Shown here piece after piece: positions 26,401 to 38,155 of a stretch of 64,000 nucleotides of DNA. The notes under the pieces are model-generated. The model was not told the origin of the DNA. It made no database searches and was given only the letters and a program-made list of their open reading frames with translations. The DNA is taken from positions 17,672,001 through 17,736,000 of the forward strand of contig NW_024704743.1 in NCBI RefSeq assembly GCF_018977255.1. The letters are read 5' to 3'. Within the stretch, counting starts at the first letter, position 1. Each line of letters begins with the position of its first letter. Source of the DNA: Callorhinchus milii (Eukaryota). The position numbers and the translations under genes are program-made.

Positions 26401-27839
26401 GCGTAAAAATAAACATGGGTTTAGCAATTGTTTGACACATCATGCTTATACATAATAATGTGAGTCTCTTGTACTAATAGCATGGCAGCTGTACTTCAAT
26501 ACTTGCAGTGGGTTTGAGATACGCACTGTGCTCACTTTCATAAAGCATATATCGCAGCTCTTTATGATGCGTAAAAAGGGCTCATTGTTTCCTGATTCAT
26601 TAGTCTAGTTGACTATGATGTGTGGCTTTGGTTTCCTAGGGTACTGTTAGCAATATGAACTTTTTAACATCACATCAAAAGGGGATATTTCAAAGACATA
26701 ATGTCCACCTTTCATTTTAACTTACCTTTTTCATTTGTCTAATATAATATGCAATGATGAGATAAAAAGCACTAAGGGATTGTTAATTGCTTGGAGATAC
26801 AATGATGAAAAAATTGTAGGGAACAAGGACTGAAGGCCCTGCTTCCTGACAGATGAGAAGTGGGTTCATAAATGTTCCACCAAATAATTGCTTTGATAAT
26901 TTTCTCTTGGTCTCTTGTACACCCACAATAAAATCCAAAATTGATATCACAATAACTTTAGTGCATGAAGCACTGAGAAAGAGAAAGGCCAGTCTGTGCA
27001 TTGATAAGAAGGCTCTTTGTTTTAATTTCTTGTCAATTAATTCTTTGTAATTGGGTTGATTCAAACCAGCGTTTAACCCCTTTTCTGCTGAAAGGGCTTG
27101 AATAGAATTGGAATAGATTGATGCATCATTCTCCTTTTTACGTGAGATCTTTTGTATCAAGACATTTATCTTCAAAATGGGCAATTTAGATTTGTTTCCT
27201 CTTCTGTGATTATCATATCATTCCTCTGATGCTAACAGAGTGGCAAGTTTAGACAGTGATTAAAACGAAGGGCTATGTTTTGAAACCAGGTTTTAACACT
27301 TAGTAGTACGTTATCAATTTTTAAGAACAAGATTCAGTCTTAAAGACCAAAAGGTGTAAGTTGAAATCATGGCTTGTGACTGGAATCAATCACTTGCTGC
27401 AACAATGGATCTTGATGACCTGAGTACGTGACTGATGGAAAAAATCATTCAGATTCCCATTCACTGTTTTCCTTCTGGACAGTATATTGACGTCAGATGG
27501 GAATGATGACTTTGCCAATATTGATGGCATATGAACTGTATGGTGAACTTAAGGTGTGGAGAGAGAAAATAGTGGCAAAATAAATTCTGCTGAGTCTTAG
27601 CTTAGAGCTCTATTTTGATTTATTATCATTGTATTAGTATCGGACATGTCAGCATCCAATGAACATGCCCGCAGATGTAAATCACGACAGTAGTGTCTGT
27701 ACACTGTTGCAGACTTGATTAATTTTACAGTGTTTCTTGTTTTTTGAGCGATCACTGTCATCTGGGTCAATGACCATGATATTTGTGTTTTGGTTTCCCA
27801 GTATTGACATAATTTACCATCTTTTCTGCATATGTTTAG

Positions 27840-27939
27840 ATATTATCTTCCACAAAAGTTTTCCAAGTGCAACATTGAAGAATACCATGATTTTCTGAAC
27901 AGTGGAGGTGGCTCCTGCCTCTTCAATAAACCCACAAAA
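27840..27939 (+). CDS. ADAM22: ADAM22 exon: [33 protein letters not shown]
   Basis: gtttag|...|gtaagt. Confidence 0.97.
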
Positions 27940-28286
27940 GTAAGTATCAGCACTTGCATTATTTCATTATTGTTTATGATCTAATTTCTCAAAGGACGAA
28001 CCTATTTGTTAAAAATCAAAAGTAATTTTAAACTAGCACTTAGAGAACGGTAGCTTGGCCAGATAATATTATAGCTTTTATATCTACTGGTAAACATGCT
28101 CCCAGCAATAAAGCTATCTGACATCTTAAATAGAATTCATTGGTGATTTACAGTGCCTCTGAGTTACTTTTAATGCAATTTATTAGCTGGCATCTTGTGT
28201 GAGCCAGTCTCTGTTACAGAAATATTTTAAGTGTAGTAGATTAATAATCTGTTAAAAGATTATATGAGTAGTTTTATCTGAGTAGA

Positions 28287-28862
28287 CTCACTGCTTGTCG
28301 GCCTCCCCAACTCCTCCCTCCACAGGCTGCAGATCATCCAGAACTCTGCAGCCCGTGTCCTCTCCCGCACCAGGCTCCGTTACTCTTATCAACCCCATCC
28401 TTGCCCAACTCCACTGGCTTCCCATCACACAGAGGATACAGTTCAAGATCCTGGTCCTCACCTTCAAAGTCCTCCATGGTCTTGCTCCGCTCTTCCTCTC
28501 CAACCTCCTAACCCCCTACCATGCTGTTTCTCCCTCCGCTCAGCGGGCTCTGGCCTGCTTTGCATCCCCCACTTTGCTCTCTCCTCTATAGGCAGCAGGC
28601 CTTCCGCCACTCTGCACCCACCCTCTGGAACTCCATCCCGCAGTCCCTCCGTCTTGCCCCCTCCCTCGCCACCTTCAAGACCCACCTCAAGACCCTCCTC
28701 TTCGACTGTGCTTTTGATCTCCCTGCTTCCCCCCGTGCCCTCCCCCCTTCCCCACCCGGACCCTCAGCTCGGGTCTGAAACTCTGTCTGTCCAGCGCCTT
28801 GGAATGTCCTCCCACCGTGAAAGGCGCTATATAAATGTAATTTTGTTGTTGTTGTTGTTGTT
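28287..28862 (+). mobile_element. L2 LINE 3' fragment
   Basis: PILAQLHWLPITQRIQFKILVLTFK; (TTG)n tail. Confidence 0.93.
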
Positions 28863-29545
28863 TTACTCGAGTACCTCGCATATATAATCGCTGTTTGAGC
28901 ACGCACGTCTTATGTTCCTCGCTTGGTTGAGGCATTAAGTTTCCGGGTTTGAATGGCAATGTTTTGCTCAGTCTTTCCTGCACGCTTTCGAGGTCAGTAA
29001 AAATATTATGTCTCAAACACATCCTGGAGGTGGAGAGTGGCATGAAGTCAGGCAGGTCGGCAGTAATATAAGTCACTTTTATTGGTTGAATAGACCATCT
29101 CCCTCATACACCAACTTGGATAATTATAACCTATCTCCTGAAACACACAAGCCAAAAACCTAACAGTTAGTACAGTATGTTCCTAGATGAGTAATTATTG
29201 CAAGAAACATAGGAATGTAAAGTACTGGAAAATACAATTGTGGTAATTTTTCTCAAACTGAGAATAACATTAACAGTCATTAGATTTACAAGGGTTTTTT
29301 TCTACCAGGGATGGATAAGTTACCAGTAGTCAGATACAGACATCAAAAAAGATAGAAAAATTGGATTGGTTGGAGCTTTTCTCTTGAGGTGTTTAGGGTT
29401 ATGAATGTATTTCAAACTAATTTTAACAATAGTAAAGTAAATAAAATGATACTGTCTTTTCGCATGAGAAAGTATGAAATGTTGCTTCAACCTCAGTATT
29501 AGAATTACAGGATCTCATAACTGGTTTGTTATTTTGCCAACACAG

Positions 29546-29617
29546 CTTCTTGAGCCGCCAGATTGTGGAAATGGATTTGTAGAGTCAGGCGAAGAGTGTG
29601 ACTGTGGCACAGTCGCT
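29546..29617 (+). CDS. ADAM22: ADAM22 exon, disintegrin start: [24 protein letters not shown]
   Basis: acacag|...|gtaagt; CGNG..E.GEECDCG motif. Confidence 0.97.
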
Positions 29618-30437
29618 GTAAGTAGATGCTCTGATATATCTTGAACTCGGCGTATTTATTCTGATGCGGAATCTATCAATATATTTGATGTGTACAGGAA
29701 TTTCGCTGTAATGATTTGCATGTTACAGCTGTGATCAAAGGATGCTCAAATAATACATAATGATGTTCTGCTGGCCTGTTATTAAATGTATTGTCTCCAT
29801 TTCTTTTATCTTTTGCCCACAAAATATACAGTCAATTCACTTTACAGTATATTCTGAGAAGCGCTTTGAGACGTCTTGAAGATAAGGCGCCATGTCAAAT
29901 GCAAGGTTTATTATTAATATCTTTAAAAACTTCAAACCCACATACTATTCCTAGTTGAAGGACAAATGGGTGATGTGAAGCCAGTTTCTGTCAGGTCTGT
30001 TCTTGAGTCAGCTGCTCTGGAGATGCTTACAGTCTTCCTGCTTATTTTTCTACCAGAGAACCTTCTACCTTCTGGGGATACATCTGGGGCTAAAATTCCA
30101 ATTGGTGTTCCTTGAGGAGACTTTGATGATGTACAATTATAATGGGGGAAATCCCATTAAAGGCTATGTTGTCCTTTAGTCAAACTCGCAACATGAAATG
30201 CTGACCGAATTTAAGTCCTCAGATGCGTGGTTCTGGTAACATGTTGAGATCAGGAAATCACTGAACAGAAAATTTGTGGAACTGTTGTTAAGAACCAAGT
30301 TAAAAATCAACTTCCAAACCCACTTCCAAATTAAGACTGAATGTACTATTTTTCCAAAGTTCTGTACATTGTTAAATTTAAGCCAAAGACTATGAGAAAT
30401 TTGGGGCCTCACATATCCAGACATATGTGTGTATTTT

Positions 30438-30800
30438 AGTGGTTAGAGCACTCACCTTGCAAGTGAGAGGACCTGGGTTCGATTCCCAGGCAGGGTGAAA
30501 CGTTGGGCAAGTTTCCTTACTCCACACGCCTCTGTTTACCTAGCAGTAAATAGGAACCAGGTTGTTAGTCGATTGCCGGATCACTTTGCCGGGGGTAATA
30601 ATCCCTTTAAAAAAAGAAACTAAAATATTAATAATTTAGTCACTCAATCCATGACTGTTTGTGGGACCTGCTGTGCTGCTGCGTTTCACCCACAAAATAT
30701 ACAATCAAATCACTTTACAGTATATTGTGAGGTCCTTTGAGACATCTTGAAGATGTGATAAGGCGCTATATCAAACGCAAGGATTATTATTATTGTTATT
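30438..30800 (+). mobile_element. tRNA-derived SINE
   Basis: gggttcgattccc B box, body and tail. Confidence 0.92.
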
Positions 30801-31877
30801 ACACACACTTTCAATTAGACTGATAACATTAAAGATTATTATAGCACCCTCACCATCAAGGTGACTGAGATCGGTTAATTCAGCACAAACCAGGAATAGC
30901 ATGTGTGATGATCATTTGACTTAGTTCCACACTGTGATGCTTTTACCCACAGAGCCATCAGTACAGCTTAGTTTATTTTTGAGACAAAATAAATAATAAC
31001 CTTAGCACAAGGGATGGCTTAATGACCGCCCTCAAATTTGTTCTTATCACTGAATTAGCCCACAGCTCCGTGACACAACCCCAAGTGAAGGGCACTACAT
31101 AAATGCAAATTGTTGTTGCTCCTGGTCTCTAAAGCTGCTCAGCCAGCTCCCTGCCAGCTTGTCTCTTGCCATTGAAATAAAACACAGGAAACTGACTCTA
31201 TCCAGACTCCATATAAGGATTTTTTTTTTAACTTAGCAAAATCTACAGTGTCCCATTTTTGAAGCACTGTTTTTTCTCAGTGTGATGGTACTATCAGAAG
31301 TAAATGAAATTAAGGCATATTAATGGTATTTTAGAGACGATTTGTTTGTATCATTTGTGTGCTAATTGTTACCCGAGAGACCTATCAAGCACCCACACAA
31401 GAATTCAGATAATAATGAAGATTAAATGAACTTGAGATGAGTTTCTGGGAGCCACACTTTGTATAATTCAGGCAACGATGCAGGACAATGCGACTCACAC
31501 AACACCACTTGCAGTGATATGAAGTTTTTTTTAAACAAACATTTTGATATTCGAAAGCTCACGGCCCTGAATTTCACCTCATCTTAACTTATTAGACCAT
31601 TTGTTCCAAAACAAAAGATCACGAGGAAACATGGAAAACTCTTAAATTTCGTCCTTCCAAATATAGGACAGACTTTTTAAGAACTGCGAAAAATCGGCTC
31701 CCATTTCTGAATTCAGATCCAATTGAATAATTTTCTAACTTAAGCGCAGTGATGCGTTTTCGCACGTGAAAGGCACCCAGCTGACCCAAAAAAATGGCTT
31801 TAACCAGGTAAAACTAGTTGGAATTTTGGGCTTGTGTGCTCAATAAAAAGCTAATCTGTATTGTTCTTTCTTCACAG

Positions 31878-31970
31878 GAATGCACCAAGGAAGGAGGGGA
31901 TTGCTGTCAAAAATGTAAGCTCATAGATGGTGCTAAATGCAGCAATGGACTCTGTTGCCATGAATGTCAG
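31878..31970 (+). CDS. ADAM22: ADAM22 exon: ECTKEGGDCCQKCKLIDGAKCSNGLCCHECQ
   Basis: tcacag|...|gtaaaa. Confidence 0.96.
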
Positions 31971-32209
31971 GTAAAAAATGACAGCGATTATGGCATGTTT
32001 TATTATGGCACAATGGGTTTGTGAAAGTGTTCCTGTTAAAAGCAATAGTTGATCTGAGGTACGATTCTCCAAAGGCCTTCCCTTTGTTTGAGAAGTATCT
32101 GTTGCAAACTAATATTTATTATTACCCAATGATAAGTCTGTAGAAAAGCGATCGTGTACAGACTTGCAGCAGAAAGAAGACCTTGTGCGCCTCACTGTGT
32201 TGTTTGAAG

Positions 32210-32890
32210 GACAACAACAAACAAACAATTGCATTTATATAGTGCCTTTCATGTTGGGAGGATGTCCCAAGGAACTGGACAATTGAGGGTTTGCAACTGA
32301 GTTGGGGGTTGGGTTCGGGAGGGGTGGGGGGGTGCAAGGAGTTTGGGGGTAAGAAGACGACCACAAAGTCATAGAGGAAAGTCTTGAGACAAGGGAGTGG
32401 GTGAGGCAAAGGGACTCTGGAATGGAGTTACAGAGGGCGGGGATGGAAAAGCTGAACGACAATGGTGGGGGGGGCAAGGCGAGGGATGTGAAGCAGGTCA
32501 GTGCCTGCTGAGCAGAGGGAGCTGCGGGTTGGTAAGGATTTAATAAGCCAAGTAGGTAGAGGGGGCAAGACCATGGAGAGCTTTAAAAGATGAGAGCGAG
32601 GATCCTGTAGTCGATCTCTGGAGAGGTCCGTAGCCAAGCGAGGATGGGGGTGATAGATTCGAGGAGCCTGGTGCAGGAGAGGACATGAGCTGCAGAGATC
32701 TGAATAATATACAGCTGGTGGACTGAAGAGTGTGTAAGTCCAGCGAGCAGGGAGTTAGCATTGTCAAGCCTGGTCGTGATGAAAGCATCGATCAACGTCT
32801 CAGGCGGCCTGTGAAGAGAGTTACTGGCGGAGGCCGGCAATGATGTGAAGATGGGGGAAGGCTGAACTGGTCAAGGCACGGATGTGGTAT
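32210..32890 (-). mobile_element. L2 LINE 3' fragment
   Basis: ETLIDAFITTRLDNANSLLAGL remnant and tail. Confidence 0.88.
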
Positions 32891-33472
32891 ATTCAATTTG
32901 TTGTTGATGTTGAACTATATCAATCAGCATAAATAACTTTTATATGTTTATCTTCTATTGAATTTATAATAGAAAATACATTTTAATTGTATTTGCTTCC
33001 ATTTGTGTTCACTATGAAACCCATATTTCAATGAGACTTACAATATAGATGGTGTAAGAATTAGGAATACTGGTAGAGGCAGAATTAGTTCAGTTGACTA
33101 GATTGTGGAAACTTCTCGCCTGATATTAAATCTGTATCAGAAAACATGACCTGCCCTTAATATTCTGTCTTTACATTTTTACGTCAGATGTGTGATTTTG
33201 TGAGTGCTGCATATTCAGGATACAAATTATCACCTAAAAATGACAGCAGTGTAAAATCAGCTTCCCCCATTTGAGTATTAGGTTTCCGCTCCCAATTATT
33301 GTGCTTCTACCCCAAATTATCGAGCTCCCTCCTCCCCCCATATATTGAGCTTCGCAGCTCCATTTGCTTTTGAAGAGTGGACACTTTCTTTGGTGCTCTG
33401 CAAATTGAACTTTGTGCAAAATCCCACATATTCAGACATTGACTATTGGAAATAATGTTTATTCCCTTTCAG

Positions 33473-33553
33473 ATTAAACCAAAAGGAGATGTGTGTCGAG
33501 AGGAAGTAAATGATTGTGACATTCCCGAAGTCTGCAATGGAAATTCTAGTCAG
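33473..33553 (+). CDS. ADAM22: ADAM22 exon, disintegrin loop: [27 protein letters not shown]
   Basis: tttcag|...|gtgact. Confidence 0.96.
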
Positions 33554-33971
33554 GTGACTTTTCCTCTGACCCTTAATCTTTTAACAGAAATTCATGTAAT
33601 GGGTAAACCTTAGATATTTTCTAAAGGCAAAGTACTGCAGATGCAGATATATTAGATATATTCTATTGGATTAATCTGCGCTGAATCCATTTCAAACGTT
33701 TCATACTGTCTGGAGCTTGTGTTCTGAACTCAAAGCTTTTTGGATCATTAGTGCATTCCTAGGTATTTGTGACTCTCTCCATTTAAACACTTCTGCGTGT
33801 ACATTGTCATACTTACCTTTAGTATTTCTATAGATGCATCAAGAACAAACGTGTAAATCATGCATTGTATCCACTCTTTTTATGTGATTTATATATAACA
33901 TTCGTGAACAAGCAACAGCTCTGGAAATATTTTGCATCCTTTTTCCCACAACTCTTTATTTTCTTTTATAG

Positions 33972-34022
33972 TGTCCTCGAAACGTGCTTAAAATGGACGG
34001 ATACACGTGTGATAAAACTGAG
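33972..34022 (+). CDS. ADAM22: ADAM22 exon: CPRNVLKMDGYTCDKTE
   Basis: ttatag|...|gtactg. Confidence 0.95.
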
Positions 34023-34107
34023 GTACTGTAAGTTGATTTAGGATCTCTGTGCCGGAGTTTTATTCTTCGTCAGAGTTATTTGCTAATTGTTTCATTTCGG
34101 CTTTCAG

Positions 34108-34171
34108 GGGCGCTGTTTTGACGGGAGATGTAAAAGCAGAGAAAGGCAGTGCAAATACATTTGGGGAGAAA
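34108..34171 (+). CDS. ADAM22: ADAM22 exon: [21 protein letters not shown]
   Basis: tttcag|...|gtaagt; follows an 85-nt intron. Confidence 0.96.
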
Positions 34172-35104
34172 GTAAGTAAGAAGCATCCAACATGCTAGGA
34201 ATGTAATATTTTGTGCATTGCTTTATTTTCTAGATGAAGATTAGTTTATCAAAATTCATTCATGCATTTAAGTTTTATCTTTTATATGTGGAGCTTTTGC
34301 ATCATTGTCTTGAAGCTGCATTGGATCAATAATTCAGGTTTGTGATTTGGTCTCAATTTACTAATAGTTTTTAGACAGAATGACTCTAGTCAGGTCTTGG
34401 AATGGGTTCAAGTCCATGCAATTTAGAACTAACTATGTCCCTAAAGTGGAACTTAATTACAAGTTCAGTCGAACAACCTGTTCAGTTTCCCATCTCATTC
34501 ACGTTCTGTCTCTCTGAGGGACATTGTGATGAATTATGAACAGATTTGTTACATGAAATTTCACCTCCTTAATAACTACACCACAATCTTATTTCACACC
34601 GGCAGGGGTATTCATCCCCATTGACTCAATCCGAAGGAGAACTCCAGCCACTAGTTTAACTCGTCATTCCTCACAGGTCATTGCAAACTGGCTACCATGC
34701 TTGTATACAAATACAAAGTCCATGAATTTTCCCAGCCATGTTGAGGTTGAACTGACAAGTGGTGATCTATCCAGTGTATTCGTTCTTGGAATTTCTATGT
34801 GCTGTTTTATTGATATCTAAATTTTACTTTTAATTTCTAAAGTCCTGTATATTTTCCTTTGTACACTTGCAACATTTTACATCGATCTGTGTAGCAAGAT
34901 TGGTCCTTCAAAGGTAGTTTTAGGGTCACTTTCCATTTCACACTGTGAAGTAGTTTTTACTGTAATGTTTGAAGACATTAGCCTCTCATACTTTGATCTT
35001 TTTCTTATTGAATCCTCTTAATTTTTTAAATTTTGTTTCATCATTTGGAGCTAAACTGTGTCACTTCTCAGCTGCTAAAGTCAATTCAATTGCTTGTTTC
35101 TCAG

Positions 35105-35216
35105 AAGCAACTGCTGCAGACAGATTATGTTATGAAAAACTTAACATTGAAGGGACTGAGAAAGGGAACTGTGGCAAAAGCAAGGACAAAGATACCTGGA
35201 TCCAATGCAAGAAACA
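35105..35216 (+). CDS. ADAM22: ADAM22 exon: [36 protein letters not shown]
   Basis: tctcag|...|gtgaga; [16 protein letters not shown]. Confidence 0.97.
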
Positions 35217-35685
35217 GTGAGAAAATACATACTTCCTTTTAACACTTATCCTCAAAGTTAAATGAACTACAGAGCGCATTTTCTCCACTAATTGGGACCA
35301 GCCCAAATGATGATAAGCAAACACGACGGATATGTGGACATCACGCAAAGCATGTCAGCCCAACTCAGTCGTTAACAGTCTTGCCTCTGGGTCATACGAT
35401 TGTTGGCGTCATGTCCCAGGTTGGGAACTAACACTACACTGGAGTACCAGGTCTAAGCTGGTACGCCAGTGTAGTGTTGGGGGGGGCACTGCAGTAACCG
35501 ACTAGACATGCTTCGGATGAGATGTTAAACTGAGGTGATAATTATCGAACCCTATGTCTCACACTTTTTGTCCATTCAAATAATTGTCATCAGTGATGGC
35601 TAACACATCACAAGTTGTATTTTTCACCCCTTTGAGAGGCTGGACCTTTATGCTGTGCCTGATTTGCTGACTGAATCTTGTACTT

Positions 35686-36133
35686 CAAGGTGGTCCAACC
35701 TTTTGGCTGCCGGGGGCTGGATTTCCTATTTGAGAAAGGTCCACGGGCCACAGTCTCCCTCTCTCTCACTCCCCCTTTCTCAACTCTCTCTCTTTCACAC
35801 ACACACACCCACACACATACTCCTCTCTCTCTCTCTCCCTTTCCTCTCTATCCCCTCTCAATCCCTCTCTCTCCCAATCAGTTCCACGGGTCACTATTTG
35901 CAGCGACAGGAGCCGGCGGTTGTCAGGATGCGGTTGGTAAGAGGCACGTTTGCCCTCCTGACAGACTGCAGTAACGGCCGGTATTATTTCCACTCCCTGC
36001 ACTGTGTCATCTGAACCACCATCTCCTGCCGCTGACCTGGGAGAACATTCATCAGGAAGGGAGGGAGTTAGAATGTTGGAAAGGTCTCGAGCCAGATAAA
36101 ATCACCCGCCGGGCCACCAGTTGGATCACGTTG
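35686..36133. mobile_element. Non-autonomous hAT (Charlie-like) DNA transposon/MITE with internal CT/CA microsatellite
   Basis: TIRs caaggtggtccaacc vs reverse complement caacgtgatccaact (12/15); 8-bp TSD ttgtactt/tggtactt (7/8). Confidence 0.75.
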
Positions 36134-36186
36134 TGGTACTTAATGTCATTGAGTTTGATTGCATTATGACATCTGATTTAATCTAG

Positions 36187-36306
36187 AGATGTGCTTTGTG
36201 GCTACCTACTGTGTTCCAACACTTTGCGTCACCCAAAAGTGGGAGAACTCTGGGGAGATGTGACTCTGTCTTCAATATTACAGAAGCACAAATCTATCAA
36301 CTGCAG
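36187..36306 (+). CDS. ADAM22: ADAM22 exon: DVLCGYLLCSNTLRHPKVGELWGDVTLSSILQKHKSINC
   Basis: atctag|...|gtaatt. Confidence 0.95.
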
Positions 36307-36892
36307 GTAATTTACCCTAATTGAAGCGCACTCGCTATAGAAGTATTGTTTATAACTGATTCAAAATGGAAATGCATATTTAATAACAACAACAAACAAC
36401 AAATTACATTTGTATATTCAACTTCCATTTCACGGAAACACTGGATCTTGTTTTTGTTGTTAATTTTCTAAACCTGGGTAATTAAGCCTCCAGCACTCCC
36501 TGTCCTTTTAATAGTGTTAAAAATAAATTATTGGAGCCACTCAGTGGAACATGGTGCTTAGCTACGTACACATGCACAAGGACCTGCTTCACCTTTGCTT
36601 TATCATCTTATTACAATGAAGACCCATTATCACACAGTGGTTGGGAGGCGTACAGCCCTTGCTCTAGCAAATAATATAAATCACGATACGTCCTATAAAT
36701 CCCTGAAGTGCTTTGATGTGACAGGAAAGGTGCCATATCAAATGGAAGGATTACTATTTATTATTAGTGCTTCAGGATCTGTAACTGTTGTATATTTGTA
36801 TTATGCATTTTCATTGTTTCCTGATTATTTGAAGCATTTGTTGATATTATTTTAGTTTGATAATTTCCTCTGGTTTATATTTTTCCCCTTAG

Positions 36893-37061
36893 TGGTGGAC
36901 ATGTCAAATTAGATGTAGACACAGACCTGGGGTATGTGGAAGATGGAAGCCCCTGCGGAAATGACAGAATGTGCTTCGAACACAAGTGTCTTCCCTTACA
37001 AAAGTTTAACTTCAGCGTCTGTTCTAGTACAAATGGTACTCAAAACTGTTCAGGACATGGG
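36893..37061 (+). CDS. ADAM22: ADAM22 exon: [56 protein letters not shown]
   Basis: ccttag|...|gtaggt. Confidence 0.97.
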
Positions 37062-37789
37062 GTAGGTTAATAAAATAGTTTAACTACTTATCATTCATTT
37101 ACTAATTGTGGAATTGGCTCTTTTAGTAGGAACTAGAGGCTGTTTTCTGTAGGTAGCTACTGTATTAACAATGTTCGCAGATCTAGATTTGCATTCAGAT
37201 TTATTCAAGAGGAAGCTTGACCTTCACATGAGGGAAAGGGGAATAGAAGTGTATGGGAGGGATTAAGGTACAGAGACTCATGTGGAGTATAAACACCATC
37301 ACGGACTGGTTCTGAGTGGCCTCTTTCTATGCTGTAAATCTTTCTAGACTGATTGTCACAGGTAAGTGAGAGCAACTGCTAAATGTCATCGTAATTGAAC
37401 AAATTAGGTGAATGGCATTGATTTTATTTATCTCCACCTCTAACTATTGCATTTGGAAAAATAATGAAAACCCCTGAAGTTCTTTGTGTAAAAAAAAGTA
37501 AAATTCCAATTTGAAACATTTTACATTTTGGAAAAGAGTTTGAAAAAATCTTGAGTTTACCCCTAGTTCAATGGAATTGTAAAATTGTTTGGTTTATGTT
37601 TTTAAAATTTGATACTAGTTGATATTTTTAAAAGTTGCAAACATTGAATGAAACCGTTGAACTAAGACTGGAATATTAACCTCTAATTTTGAATTAAATT
37701 GAGAGTTGCACTTAAATATTTAGTTTGCTTTCCAAGTAATACACAAATATAATATTGTTTTGCATGAACCAGCTTTCTAACCTGCCTGC

Positions 37790-38155
37790 TCTTGATATGA
37801 TACAATACAAAATTAGATTTATTTTGTGTCTTTCACGTCGGGAAGACATCCCAAGACGCTGGACAGTCAGGGATTTGGACCCGAGCGGTGGGTGGTGGGG
37901 GAAAGTTAGGATCAGGGAAGTTGGAGGGCAGAGAGGGTAGGAGGGTTGGCCGAAGATGCGGTTGAAGAGCAGAGTCTTAAGACGTGCCTTGAAGGAGGCA
38001 AGGGAGGGAGTGAGGCGAAGGGAATGTCGGATGAAGTTCCAAATGGAGGGGGCAGAGAGGCTGAAGGCCCGACCGCTGATGGTTAGGTGGGCCGGGCGAT
38101 GGACGTGTAGTGGGCCGAAGCCTGCTGAGTGAAGGGAGCGGACAGATTGATATGG
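37790..38155 (-). mobile_element. L2 LINE 3' end
   Basis: LASFKARLKTLLF and tail. Confidence 0.9.

Noticed and set aside
26783..27184. 133-aa minus-strand ORF in AT-rich unique sequence
   Set aside because: No recognisable domain and a non-ATG start. Roughly one ORF of this length is expected by chance across six frames of 64 kb.
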